Shown: piece after piece, positions 24,744-56,050 of the stretch
How the letters are laid out: each line of letters opens with the position of its first letter
How positions within the stretch are numbered: position 1 is the first letter of the stretch
Assembly: GCF_963506605.1 (NCBI RefSeq)
Contig: NC_083288.1
Span: 34,348,001 to 34,412,000, forward strand
Direction: 5' to 3'
DNA: 64,000 nt
Source: Zootoca vivipara
Lineage: Eukaryota
The notes under the pieces: generated by a model
What the model saw: only the letters and a program-made list of their open reading frames with translations
Told to the model about the DNA's origin: nothing
The model's database searches: none
Position numbers and translations under genes: made by a program

Positions 24744-25550
24744 TTTTCATATTTTATTCCCTTTAAATTCAAATACCGGTAATAAAAAAAAAATAATAAG
24801 AGGGAGAACTATGTATGCCACCTTGATCCCCTTGGAGGAGTGATAGGATACAACTGTTATAATTAAGAAATACTAAGCTGGTGTTACTCAGTGTCACTCA
24901 AACATTATGAAATAAAATGAAGTCTCTCTCACTGAAAAAAATCAGGGAAATGTTTGGTTTCCCCCCGCTTGCCGCTTCAGCCAAACTCTGATTAGGCTAA
25001 TCTATATGAAAGGAAGCCTTTCCTCAGACAAAAACAAGCATTTCAGAGTTGGGAGACCCCAAACGAACAGGAGGAGGTAAAATTCCTTGGCCTAACTAAC
25101 TGGGAGGATGGGCAGGTCAAGGCCTGGTGAGCATTAGAAATGGTACTGTGGATTCTACATAAAGCTTAAATACCGTCTCTTGGACATATTGAAAATTTTA
25201 AATGCTCACCTCCTTCTTTAATCAAAGTAAACAAGTTGGTGGCTATGGCCTTCATGCCTGGCACATTGGTTTCTACAATTTTGTACAAACTTTTGTTTAT
25301 GTTATTCAAAAAGCAAAGGGTGGCTAAGGGACTCTCACCAATTGCATCCTGGCAACCGCCCCTGTGAGGTAGGCTAGGCGAAGTTCTGGCCGAAGGTTCA
25401 TGGCTGAGGTGGGATTTGAACTCAGGTCCCTTCCTGAAGATAGCCCCAGCAGTCCAACCACTACACAGCCCTGTCTCACTATGGCTTCTAAAGTGCAGAA
25501 TCAGTCAGCTGGTCAGAAATAAAGATGCTTCCGAACAATGATTAGACATA

Positions 25551-25738
25551 CAGTGGAACCTCGGTTTACGAACACCTCGGTTTACGAATTTTCGGTTTAC
25601 AAACGCCGCGGACCCATCTGGAACGGATTAATTCACTTTCCATTACTTTCAATGGGAAAGTTCGCTTCAGTTTATGAACGCTTCAGTTTATGAACATACT
25701 TCCAGAACCAATTGTGTTCATAAACCAAGGTACCACTG
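25551..25738. mobile_element. Tc1/mariner (Tigger/pogo-like) MITE
   Basis: TIR CAGTGGAACCTCGGTTTACGAAC / GTTCATAAACCAAGGTACCACTG, with TA on both flanks. Confidence 0.85.
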
Positions 25739-27214
25739 TAGTTTTGAATTTTTGTGGGGCAGGGTGTGGGAGCAATGACCCTTTAGGTCCCTTCTATATC
25801 ATGCCAGTAGCAAGGGAACTGTGTATTCAGGCAGAACTGAGGGGAGTTTGAATCCAACCAGCTCCTTAACAGCCAAAAAAAGAGGCCTATCAAGAGAATG
25901 GCAAAATCTTCCCCACAAACACAGACAACAACCTTCAATCTGTAACCTCTGGACATCAAAATGGAGGGAGTTATTATTGGTTCCCAATGTTCATATACTC
26001 TGCTTTTTTAAAAGAACAATGCTGTATTTATGTACTTTTAACTTTAAAGGCTCGCCTATTTCCCACCTCCTCTTGAAAATTACTGCAATAAGAATTACGA
26101 ATGCAGTCAAGCTTGGGAACCGTTTTATTTATTTATTTTTGTCCCATTTAAATGGAGAGCGCACCATGTTTTAAGTATCAAAACAACTAAGAGTATAACA
26201 CTGTTTAATTTTATTTTTTTAGGAAAATAACTGGAAATACATAAAACGTTGGTTTATCCCCTTCAGACGAAGTGGCTAAGGAAGGGGGGGCGGGAGCAGG
26301 TAAATTATCTGATTTAGGGAAGGCTAAATAAACAACAAATGAACTGGGGGTGGGAAAGTCCCCTTATTCAGGCCCAGATTACAGATTTCCTGTAGGGCAG
26401 CACATCTCCTGCTATCATTTGTGCTGAAGATGAAGGTGCTTGAAGGGGAGAAAGAAGACAGTGTTTATCCCCAGACCACGTAAAAAGAAACTGCCAAGTT
26501 TTCCTTAGCCAAAAGCTCCCCACCCCGTAGGTCTTTCCTGCTAAAGCTACCCCACCCTTACCCTCATTTCTTGCCTTTTTGCCACTCAGAGTTCCTTTTC
26601 CATTTTTTCAGCAAAGCCCATTCTGTAGAAATAAAACATAACCCACATTCCAGACCCACCTTCCCAATTCTAGATCGAAACCTCCCCACCCCGTTCTGGA
26701 TTTAACAAGAATGTTAAATTCCTGGATCTGAACTGGTCGAATATATTCCTTACAGTCAGTAAATAACCCATAAAATTGTGATGGGCTTCTAAAATGCACA
26801 CCATTCCCGCTGTCCCTTAAATTATTTCCCTAAAAGCGGCGGGGGGCGGCGGCGGCGGGGGGGGGGGAACCAAAGGGGAGAAAAGCAAAATAACATGAAA
26901 GCAGCCTTTGGATCTCTTTCTTTCGTCTTTCTTTTAACAAAGTACCAGTACCTCTGGAGGGAAGTAACTAACTACAGCTGCCAAATCTCTCTCTGCCCCC
27001 CTGATCTTGCAGTAAGAGACTTTGGGGTGGGCAGAATCAGTTCTATGGGACCCAGAAAAATATTGCAATACAGCAGAAATCATCCCCTCTTCCCCCCCCC
27101 CCCCAAAGGAGGGAGTCTCATCCTGCTTTTTATATCCATCAAAATATTCCTGGTTCGACATATCCCTTCCCGCGCCACCCCCCCATCATCAATACATTTC
27201 CGTGCGCCCCTCAC

Positions 27215-27270
27215 CTTGGTCTCGGGGCGGGAGACTTCGGGGCGGGAGTGCGGATTTGGGGCGGGAGCCC
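27215..27270 (-). promoter_or_regulatory. Candidate 5' non-coding exon or promoter of the tetraspanin, with three GGGGCGGGAG boxes
   Basis: Minus-strand donor CCAAG|gtgagg at 27215/27214. GGGGCGGGAG at 27224, 27239 and 27258. Local CpG enrichment. Confidence 0.45.
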
Positions 27271-27719
27271 CCCTCCCAGACACCTAGACCTCTTCCAAGT
27301 TGCTTGTCCTCTGATGGGATGCAGGATGGGAAGGGAGGGGAGGCAAATTCCAGCACGGGACAGGGGGAAGGAAATGGGAGGGGAGAAAGGGAGGCAGGAA
27401 TGGGTGTTTGAGACTGTGGGGAGGAGCCCAGGGGGCTCTGGGAGGGAAACGGGTTTCTATTCGAGACAAAGGCGTCCAGTCGGATTTGAACCACAGTTCT
27501 TGTTTAAACATTCCACCTCCCCTGCAAAAAAGGACAATGAAAAGCGACTCAGTTGTATCGCATTAACATCAGAAGCGTGTGGCTCCGGATTCTGTTCCAT
27601 TCCTGTCTCAGTACGGCAAGTCCTATTGGACTCAATGAGACTTACTTTTCGGAGTAGACTTGTATGGGACTGGAGAATAATTTTTCTTTCTGCTTTCGAG
27701 ACGTTTCCAAATTATGCCC

Positions 27720-27875
27720 CCCCCCCGCGGAAGGGAGGGTGTTGAAATATGCTTGCAGAGACTGGATCTCATGGTTGTGGGTTCCTTCCATCCCCACGTT
27801 GGGCAAAAAGATTCCTGCATTGCAAGGGGGTTGAGGTCGATAACCCTCCGTGTCCCTTCCAAGTCTACAATTCTA
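27720..27875 (-). mobile_element. CR1 LINE 3' end fragment
   Basis: gcaaggggggttgaggtcgataaccctccgtgtcccttccaagtctacaattcta resembles a CR1 3' terminus. Family, strand and boundaries are tentative. Confidence 0.4.
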
Positions 27876-28706
27876 AGTGAACGCCGCCAACACAGACTGC
27901 ACGTGACAGATAGCCTCAGATTTCCAACTCTGCTCAAAGCACTTCCGAGAGCACCTCCTGTTGTGCAGGAGTAGTTTACTCTGGGAGCAACTTCGGGAGT
28001 AAAGTACTTCGCTTCTGTACCTTCCACATTGCCAGCTTCCAAGTGGGTGTTTATTGTGGGTTTTGTGCTCCCCGTGCACACGAGTTTTCTCCAGCAGCGT
28101 TCACACGTCAAAATTCCAGCCCACCTCCATTCAATCCTGATTCACCCTTTCCACTGCCTGCACACCACATGCATTTAAAGAACATTCTCTCCTTCAAAAG
28201 AATTCTGGGTGCCGTAGTTTGTTACGGGTGCTGGCAATTGTAGCGACGAGAGGGGTAAACTACAGTTCCCAGGATTGTTTGGGGGAAGCCGTGCGCTTTG
28301 CAATATGAAGACCGGTTTGCCATATGAAGATCCCCGTGTGGAAGACAGAAAGTTTATTGTCAAATAGCAGATGCGGGGAGCGGGGGCCCAGCAAAGTACC
28401 TGGGCAGCACTCAGGAGGATTTCACAAGAGGGGACCTTTACCTCGGAATAAACCCCTGTTTGAGATGGTGGCTGTTATCAACCCCCTATATATAAATATT
28501 CCACAATCTTTACAACAACCCTGTAAGGCAGCAGTATCTTTATCTCGGGGAGAGAGAATGCGCATCATCATCACTCTCAAAATTTAAACCGCATACGCAA
28601 AAATTCCAATTTTGGGGGGCAAATGCCTTTATTAGGGCCAAGCAAAATGTATGAAATTAGCAAGCAAACTTCCGAGTTCTCCAGAATTCTTCCTCAGTCG
28701 GGATGT

Positions 28707-28708
28707 GA

Positions 28709-28784
<76 letters not shown>
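28707..28784. repeat. (GAAA)n microsatellite with purine-rich extension to about 28865
   Basis: Read directly. Confidence 0.95.
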
Positions 28785-28785
<1 letters not shown>

Positions 28786-28919
28786 CTCCGGGGCGGAGAG
28801 AAAGAAAAAAAAATTTGAGAAAGAAAGAAAGAGAAAGAAATTGGGAGGGGAGAGAAAGAAAAAAGCTTGGATAAACGCGAAGATTCCGAGGATGTTAGCA
28901 ACAACAAGATGTGATGACC

Positions 28920-29400
28920 CTCTTGCAGATCGATGCTGCTTATAAGGGGAAGAAATTTGGGCTCCGCTAGGAAGGGGCGGTGTCGCCGTCGGGGCTCCTC
29001 CTGCTACTGCGGCGGCGCTTGTGTCTCCCTCTCGCGGGCAGCGGAAGAAGCCAGCCATCGGCCTCGCTGCTGCGTCAGAACCACGAGGGACCCCCGGGAG
29101 AGAGGAAGGCGGCCGAGGCGGAGAGGAAGGTGGGGAGCGGCGGGGCGAAGGAGAAGGGTCGGCCAGGGAGGAGGGCGAGGGGGAAAGATGGCAAAGGGGA
29201 GGGAGGTCTGGGGAGCGCCGAGCTGGCGGGAGAAGGCCGGGAGAAAGTGGATGTGTGGGGCCGGGGAGTGAGAGATCCGGAGAGGGCGAGGGCTGCCTCC
29301 ACTTCCCGAAGGTGGGACCAGGAATGGGGGAAGCGCTTAGGGGAGCGGAGTGTTCGGGACGGCTCCAAGGACACGAGAGGCAGAGATTCACCCGGTGAAG
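28920..29400. promoter_or_regulatory. CpG island, probable POLR2L promoter and non-coding first exon, possibly shared with the tetraspanin
   Basis: Dense CpG, GC box near 28974, GCGGAAG ETS-like site near 29041. The POLR2L ATG exon is preceded by a splice acceptor (ttttttag|G at 29944/29945), which implies an upstream exon. Confidence 0.65.
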
Positions 29401-29853
29401 CTTGTAGAGAGAGTGGGAAAGACGCAGTAACAGAGGGAAGCAGCACCTGTTCAATTTCAGCCTTCCCTGAAGTTGTTTACAAGTGTAAAAGCCGGGGGTG
29501 AGGGCGTGGCCTTAACCTAAGATGTGGGGTTTTTTCCCCTCCCATCGTCTTTGCAGCAAGAGCAGTTAACCCGTGTCTGGCTGATGATGATAATTTTTTT
29601 TGGGGGGGGGGGCTACGGCTTCCATCACCTTTGGCCATTGGGCATGCCAGTTGGGGTTGGTGGGAGCTGGAGTCCCCCACCATAAAATATTTGAGGGGTC
29701 GGGCGTCCCCAAAGTTGATGAGTATTCCCATTCAAATAGTGTGGGTGCACTGCATTGTGTGATCAATTATGTGGGACCGGGACTTACCTGGACCCCCACA
29801 ATATTTTATTCAAGTTGGGGGCCCCTGTTGTAAACTAAGAATAGCTACCGTAG

Positions 29854-30769
<916 letters not shown>

Positions 30770-33700
30770 GAGCGTTGGCACCCTGGAACAGAGCCACAAT
30801 GAGGCTGGAAGACACCCCCCCCCCCCCGCTCTGTGGCTAGAAAGAGAGAGAGGAGAGAAAGATAAGTCTTCAGATTGTATCCAAACCAGGCACCTCCCAC
30901 TGGAGGGTGCTGTTGTGCAATGGAAGGATTCTGTCTCATTCAGTGATGTGCAATAAAGAGCATGATGCATAGGAGCACACGCACTGTGCTCTCAAAAGAA
31001 TGATACACACAAATTTACTCTTGTTTTTTCCATTGTTTTTTTTTTGTATTTTGTGGCATATGTTTGTAGAGTAGATTGTACTGTTGCTTTTGATTTTGTC
31101 TTCAACACTGTCTTCCTCGGGATTTTTATTTTGAATGACGGGAGAAACATAATTAATTATGCTTGGAGCGGTTTATGCAGCCTTGTTTCCCTGCATATAG
31201 GCTTGCCCAGGTTTTTAGAACAATCTTGTGAGATTTGATCAGAACTAGTGTTAAATCAGAACAGACAATACTCTGGACAGTGAATTATTGAAGCAGGCTT
31301 TCCAACAGAACAGAGAATGATTTCAGGAGACGTGCCCTTCCAACAACCACGGGTCCCAGAGTTCCTCAGTTCCTGCAAAAGCCAATAGGGTATGGCAGCG
31401 AGAGAGAGAGAGAAGCATCATTCTCCTTAAAAACAAGCCGGCCCCAGAGATTGCAGGAGCCAAGATTTACAGGCCCCAGGAACATATTACACACCACCCC
31501 AATCTTCTTGTGTGGGTCTGTGTTCCTTTTTGGAGAGGGGCACAGCAGAGTCTGTGGTGTCTTTAGGATATATAGTTTATTTACACTTATATGCAAATTG
31601 TGGCTACTGTGAACCTATGTTGGATTTCACAGAATTATGGATGTGTGGCACACAACTGATTTAATTGGACTTCACACATGCTAACTAAAGGATTAGCAGG
31701 GACACAGCTACCATCTCCAAGGAAATTGGCTTTGACACCACCAAACCTGAAATGGAAGTTTGGTCTCCTGAATGTATGGACTCCACTTTAGGGCAGGCAG
31801 TAGCTCAGAACTTGCTGGTGTGACAGCCAAGGCTGCCAGTGTGCCTGCGAGGATACCTGCAAAAGGGATCCGTGAATATCCCCTCAAAAACAGACATGAG
31901 AGGCTATTTGCTCTTCCTGCTCAGTTTGTGTTTGCACCGACATGGCCTTTCCTCCGCCCATGTTTCATTGGCTGCAAGAACTGGGCCCCGGCCCTCGCCT
32001 CCATTTTGTGTTCCTGTCTCTTAAATGTGGCAGCCATTTTGTGTTCTCCCCATAACCATTATGTGACTGGTGCCCACTGGTCCACAAAGGTTGGCAACCA
32101 CTACCAGACTAGCTGAAGTCCAGTTAGAGAAGTGATGCCTGTTGAACAGAAACTAGTACTGGACGTAGGCACAGGTAAAACGTCCATTTATATGAATTAG
32201 CATGCCCACACATTCCAGAGCTTTCAGAACCAGCTTTTAGTGGTGCAGAAGTTAAGCTCAACCACCAAAGCCAATTCAGTGTTTAGGTTACAATCTCTAG
32301 GAGCAAGGGCTCCATGTGTCATTCAGGTTTCCAGATTCAATGATGCACAACAGCAATATACCACTGAAATGCTTATTCTAGGCCTGGGAGATATAGATCA
32401 TCCAGGACCTGTGTGAGGAGCAAACCGTGATGTCTACTTCACCCAGCGATATATATCGCTGGTGAAACCACCGCTTCAGAGTCCCTCTACTGAAGACTTC
32501 CTCCAGCGAGTGTTTGTGAAACTACCATCCCATTCTGCCCTCATACTGCACAGAGAAATTTTTTTTTTGCGTCAGCGCAGATGCAGCTTGTTCCTCCCTC
32601 TGCATCTTTTAACTGCTCAGGTGAGGTGTGTGTACTAGACTCAAAAACAGGAAGCTAGATTAGGCTAGACTTTGTTACAGGCAGAGGTCTTTCTCCATTG
32701 CTTGCTTGAATGTGGTACCTCCTGCATGCAAATTAGGAGTGCAAGAAGTTCCCTTATACAAAGTCAAACCATTGGTAATGTATCTAGTGCTATACTGTCC
32801 GCACGGACTGGCTGTGGTTCTCAGGGTCCTTTCAGCCCTGTACTTGGGGATGCAAGGTACCCCCTGGAAACAGCACTCTAGCACAGTTCACAATTCCCTC
32901 CAGGTCCAAATTACAGCTGCCTTTGCAGCTGGAACTGCCTTCTTCAAAGAGGGGAACACAGCATGGTTCAGTATCACCTCAGCTTCATAAACCTCTGTTC
33001 TCAGTGATGTTTCATGTAGAGAAGAAAGCAGATCTGTTAAGCACTCCTTAACAGAGCTTTGATCAAAATTAATACCCTAGGGAAGTCTCCACGACCCCTT
33101 ATGTTCAGCCCCCTTCACACCCCTGCCAAAGGAGTGAGACCCATAGAACAAAAAACCATGTGTCTACATTGGTCATAAGAAAATCTGGTATTGTCAATAC
33201 CTTCATTACACCCACCATTCCCACCAGTGTGCACACTATTTTGTAATCTTTTGATGGGCCTAATAAAGGTACTGTCCTTTTGTGAATTTGAGGCAAGGGA
33301 GACATTCCTGTGTCCAGCTGTTCTGGCACTTTAAACTGGAGTTTTGGTCCCTGCATCCAAGGTGCAGTGTCGGCTCCCAACCACAGGATCAGCCTTCGTC
33401 CCCTGATCCGAATCCTTCCATCTTAAAATCAAGGAATAGCTGGGCATGCAGTTAACCACCTTGATAATCTAGGCTCCCCACTTAAAACAATGATTTGTAA
33501 CAAGAATCTGAAGACACTGCTGGTGCAATTGGGTCCAAGAACAATTCACTTGCTGGTCCCATTTGCTTCTGTACCTGGCAGTGGGAACAAGGGGCCTTGT
33601 TCTCCATCTCCAGTAACATGTCTTGGGACGGCTCTGTAGAGAACACCACCGTATCTGTACTAGTCCAAAGCCACAGTGTTATGGAACAAAAGCATGTCTT

Positions 33701-33953
33701 CCTCAGTAACCTTATTTTTGTGTGTGTAACTAAGTTCTGCCTTGTGAGGTTCGACAGCTGGTTAGAGTGCCCTACACATTACATTGTTCTTCTGTCCACA
33801 CAGCTGTTGGGGTTTTTATTATTATTATTGTTTTGGGGGGAGAGACAAGCAGTGAGGCTGGGCCCAAAGAAAAGGCCCCTCTCTAAATGTAACCCTAAGG
33901 CCATCAGGCAGGCAAGCAGGCAATATGTTTGAGTAAGAGGTGGTTTCAACTTC

Positions 33954-33959
33954 TTTATT
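33954..33959 (-). terminator. Probable PRMT1 polyadenylation signal
   Basis: AATAAA on minus about 840 nt after the stop codon. Confidence 0.5.
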
Positions 33960-34800
33960 ATTATTTTTTCCCTCATGAATGTAACCATATAAAAACCATA
34001 AGTTATGAAACAGTCACACGATGTCAGCTTTTGAAGGGGCAAGGGATTTAAAAAAAGAAAAACCCCACACAACTCCCTCCCACAGATCCGAACAAGGAAT
34101 TGTTAGGAGGGGGAAAGTACAAAACCGTCAGTGGGGGGGGGGGGCTTAACACTCACAAAATGGAGATGCCTTTTCCACCCACACCCCTCCACGTGCCCTC
34201 TTGATAAAAACCTGTTGGGAACCCCCACCCCTCCCCCACCCCCATTTGGGCACTGGATAGAAGTGTGTACCCTTCAAAAAACTGAGCAGCGTTTACACTG
34301 GAGCAGAGGATATTGTCAGGAGCAGTTACTCCAGAAAACAGGGCAGGAGGAGGGAGGAGGATCCTGGGCAACACAGTTTGGCAGGTGATACCAACAATGA
34401 TTTAACTAACTAAAAAAAATATTATTTTTTTAAAAAAGAAATTCATGATGGAAGTCTGCTGTCGGGCCTCAGAACAAACGGACGGATGGACAAACCACCT
34501 GTGTCTTCAGTTGTGCTAACAGCCTTGGCTCCTGGCCTGGAGGAGGGGAGGTTGGTTGCGGGTGGGGAAGGAAGATTTGAAAATGAGGGGCGATGGGGTT
34601 GAGGGGGGTCTTGGCTATTTCCCTCTAGCCTCTAATACTGACCCTCCCCTTGCTGGCCCAGAGTCGCAGCAACAAGAAACTACACAATGAAATGAATTAG
34701 TGAGACACCAACTTAAACAGGACGACAGGGAGGGTTAGCTCTGGGTTGCAAGGTCAGTTGGAGGAGGAGGAAAAAAAATATCTGGCAAGGGGTTGCTGAG

Positions 34801-52361
<17,561 letters not shown>

Positions 52362-52379
52362 CTTGTGAATGAGACACAG

Positions 52380-53640
52380 AAAGAGAAGCACTGGCGCGGC
52401 TCCCCCAGCCTTGCTGAGCGGAGGGGAGGGGGCTGGGCAGCCCATTGGGCGGAGCCGTTGTCATTCAAGGGGCATGGGCGGGAAAGGAAGTAAAGCCCGC
52501 CTCTGGATTTTCATAGGCTGACTGGGTCTCGGACCGTCAGAAGGAGGAATGGCTGTCTATCAACCGACGCGCAATCCCCATTGGACCAACTCGGAGAGGC
52601 AGAGGTGGTTCTTGGTCGTTTACCTGCGCGCGCGCGCGCTGAGCGCTCCCAGAGGCTAAAGATCCAAAGGAGTTCCATGAGCTTTAAATGCCATTAGATG
52701 AGGTGGGGAAATGGCCGTCAATCGTGGCAGGGAGGCGGTTTTTATCAGTGATAGACGAATAGCTATCGGTGTACCTAAGCGTCATTCAAAAATAAAGGTC
52801 TCCGTCTTCTCTATAGCTATTGGTTTTTCTCTTCGTCCCACCTTCTCAAACGAGGAAGCTATAATCAAATAAGTGTTCGCGTTCAAATCCAGTCACTTCA
52901 TATAATTTGACACGCGGGAAACATGACAAAGGAAGAGCGGGATCTCGAAAAGGAATCCACATTCTGAATGAGAAACTCCGGCAGCACAGAATGAAAACCG
53001 GATGGCATAAGGAATTAGGAGACAGCCGCCCTGAAACACCGAACATTGGCTCGATTGGCTGAGATGAGGAAGAGACCGCCTATAAAGTGACTCTCTAATG
53101 ACCATTGGCCGCCTTGGTAGTCACTCACACATTTAAAACCCCACATACCGGGTAGCGCCCTTCATTCACTTATTGGCGGGTCTCTATGACAATTATTGGC
53201 GGGAACGATTATAAAACGATTTAAAAGTTGTGATGCTTCATGGCCAAGGTCAAATTCTGTTGAGAAGGGCAAGATGTTAGGGATTAGCCCTTTCTCTTCA
53301 ACAGCCCTTTCTCTTCAACAGAAGCCCTTATTGGGCGAGTTCGTTGTCAATTTAACAGCTATCATGTTTGATTGGGTACTTTTGTTATCGTTCATAAAGC
53401 GCGAACTGTCTGTATCCAACAAATACAGGCCTCCGATTAGAGTCAGGCCTATATGGGCCGCGCCATTACCAGCCTGGGAATTCTTTCGTGAAAGCTCATT
53501 GGTAGAAGCCCTAATGAGATCCTATTGGTCAAGAAGGGTGCCATTGACAATGTGAGGTTATGCACGTGTCCCTGTAGCTCCGTCCGTCCCTTTTTCTACG
53601 TATCGCAGTGAGGAATAATTCAGCGCGTTACGTGGTAATA
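52380..53640 (-). promoter_or_regulatory. PRMT1 promoter: CpG-rich, with multiple CCAAT boxes, GC boxes and a (CG)n tract
   Basis: Twelve ATTGG between 52444 and 53528. GGGCGG near 52447 and 52476. GCGCGCGCGCGCGC at 52626-52639. YY1-type AAGATGGCGG overlaps the ATG. Confidence 0.75.
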
Positions 53641-54654
53641 GGAAATTGTTCAAATCTCTGACTAGTGTTATTCTAGCTCGCACTAACCCGGAATCTGAAC
53701 AGTGAATTTAGAGAACACCTAACAGATACTAACGAATCTGACACCAAGAGACTCAGGCCCATTCAGATGAAAATGTTTTATGTGTGTTTCTGAATTTAAC
53801 AGTGGTGGGACCTCCAACACTTTCCCCCTGTGTCTTTCGCGCTTTTTAATCACAAGTCACTGAAGTTTTTCTAGGCAGACATCAGGCAGTCACTATCCAT
53901 TATCCTAATCTACCTCGCAAGGTTGTTGTGATCATAAAATGGGGTGGGTGAGACCCATGCACCCATGAGCTTCTTAATGGAAGGAAAGGAAAGATAATGC
54001 TGTAGAAAATTAATATCCTAGCTGCATTGTAAATCCTACTGAGTGTTGCTACCTTAAGAGTCCCTTGAATTGAGCCAGATTGCCAAGAGAACTGTTTTGG
54101 GTGTGCCTCTTCATCCAAAATCCCCTGTTCACAGAGTCCTGCCAACACCCAAGATCGAGCAACTTCCGAAGTGTTGCAAGATCCATCTGTCTCGCTTTGG
54201 GAGGTTAAACTAGCACATGAGTTAAGATACTGTATTTCAACAAAATGATGCAATCTATTTTTATCCATTTGTAATATTTCATTTTATGCCTTTTAGTTGC
54301 TTCCCACTGGCAACCTGTTTTTGCAATCCCAGGCAGGCAGCAAAGTTTACTGTACCTCAGTGGGCTGTCATACACAGCTTGTAAACAAGATTCAGCCTAG
54401 CTGATCAAAAGTTGTGCAGCCCTAATTACTTTCCCCCTCTCACTTTTTTGAAGCATTTGCACACTGCAGGCTCTCAGAGCTCCTTACAAAGATCAGTAAT
54501 AAGATGCATGACACAAAAGGAATTGGGAGGAAGGAGGAAGATGTTAATTAGTCCATAATCTCCTTTCACCTTGATTATCCATCATTATCCCAACATCTAT
54601 TCCATAATCTCCTTTTACCTGATTCTGTCATTAGCCCCATATTTTACACCATAA

Positions 54655-55412
54655 AAGGTAAAGGTAAAGGGGCCCCTGACCATCAGGTCCAGTCGTGTCC
54701 GACTCTGGGGTTGCGGTGCTCATCTCGCTCTATAGGCCGAGGGAGCCAGCGTTTGTCCGCAGACAGCTTCCGGGTCATGTGGCCAGCATGACAAAGCTGC
54801 TTCTGGCAAACCAGAGCAGTGCACAGAAACGCCGTTTACCTTCCCGCTGGAGTGGTCCCTATTTATCTACTTGCACTTTGATGTGCTTTCCAACTGCTAG
54901 GTGGGCAGGAGCTGGGACCGAGCAACGGGAGCTCACCCCATTGCAGAGATTCGAACCGCCGACAGGCGCGGTGCTAGGGCTTTTTGCGCCCTAAGCAAAA
55001 TACCTTCTGGCGCCCCCCTGGGAGGAGCGCGGGCCAAGGGGGGAGCTCGGCACCCTCCCGCCTGTGGAGGGGACGCTTTGAGCTCCTCAGTGGTGGCGGC
55101 TGCAGCGAGCGAGCGAGTGGCGGCAGCGCCCGTAGCTGAAGGCTTCGGCTGCGGGCACTTGCCGCCACTACCGCCGCCGCTGGAGAGCTCTCGGCGTCCC
55201 CTCCATAGGTGGGAGGAGCGCAAGCGTGCACCTTGGGAGGGTGGCGGTGGCGCGGGGGTTTTGCGGGGCAGGCTCGGCAGTGCCCCCTCAATTTTTGCGC
55301 CCTAGGCAATGGTCTAGTCCGCCTAAATGGATGCACCGGGCCTGACCGCCGACCTTCTGATCAACAAGCCCTAGACTCTGTGGTTTAACCCACAGCGCCA
55401 CCTGGGTCCCTC
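54655..55412 (-). mobile_element. Full-length Sauria SINE interrupted by a hAT insertion
   Basis: Colinear with 24387-24743. 14-bp TSD ATTTTACACCATAA (54641-54654 and 55413-55426). Confidence 0.88.
54963..55344. mobile_element. 382-bp GC-rich non-autonomous hAT element nested in the SINE
   Basis: TIR CAGGCGCGGTGC / GCACCGGGCCTG (11 of 12). Perfect 8-bp TSD ACCGCCGA (54955-54962 and 55345-55352). Confidence 0.88.
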
Positions 55413-55779
55413 ATTTTACACCATAATCTCACTTTAACCCTCAAACCACCCCACTCTGCCTTTACTCAAATTCTCCATTGTTATATCCCACAATCTTCTT
55501 CTCTATCATTACCCCACACTCACCTTCAACCAGACTTTCTGCTTTTGCCCCACAATGTGTCCTTAAGCTCTCTTTTTCTCTATAATTATTCTCTTATTCT
55601 GCATAATTGCCTCCTATATTTTTCCTGGAACCCCCTTTCGCCCCTCATTCTCCCTGTACCCACATTCTATGCCCCCACCTTTCCCATTCGGCTTTCTCCT
55701 TCCATCGCCAATGCTACTCCTCCTCCCTTTCACTGCCGACACTTCCCCTTTAAGACCTTGCAACAACCTCTCTTCCTTT

Positions 55780-56050
55780 CCGACGCGTTCGAGACGGCGC
55801 CGAGCCTGCTGGGAGGCTCCCCCCCCCTTCCAGCCAATCAAGAAAGCCGGAGAGGCAAAGGAACGTGGGTCAGGGTGGGCAGAAGCACGAAAAGAAACCC
55901 CGGAGGCATGAGAAGAGCCGAGAGGGGCGAGTCCGCCTTGGGTCATGGCCCCGCCCACTAAGGGGTGTGGCCTCTGAGCAGGAGGGTCTGGAGGGGCGGG
56001 CGAGGAGGTCCGGGGGAGCGAGCAAGTAGTTTGTCCTCAGCTGCAGAAAG
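55780..56050 (+). promoter_or_regulatory. GYS1 promoter and probable non-coding first exon
   Basis: CpG-rich. CCAAT near 55834, GC boxes near 55949 and 55993. Strong donor AAAG|gtaagc at 56050/56051. The ATG exon has an acceptor at 57304/57305. Confidence 0.65.

Noticed and set aside
28657-29501. Long ORFs (265 aa minus, 173 aa plus) over the POLR2L CpG island
   Set aside because: They are stop-poor GC-rich and (GAAA)n sequence giving low-complexity translations with no recognisable domain.
31000-33900. Search for a hidden gene (for example ADM5-like) between POLR2L and the PRMT1 3' end
   Set aside because: I found no coherent exon chain or recognisable peptide. A TBLASTX or RNA-seq check would be needed to exclude one.
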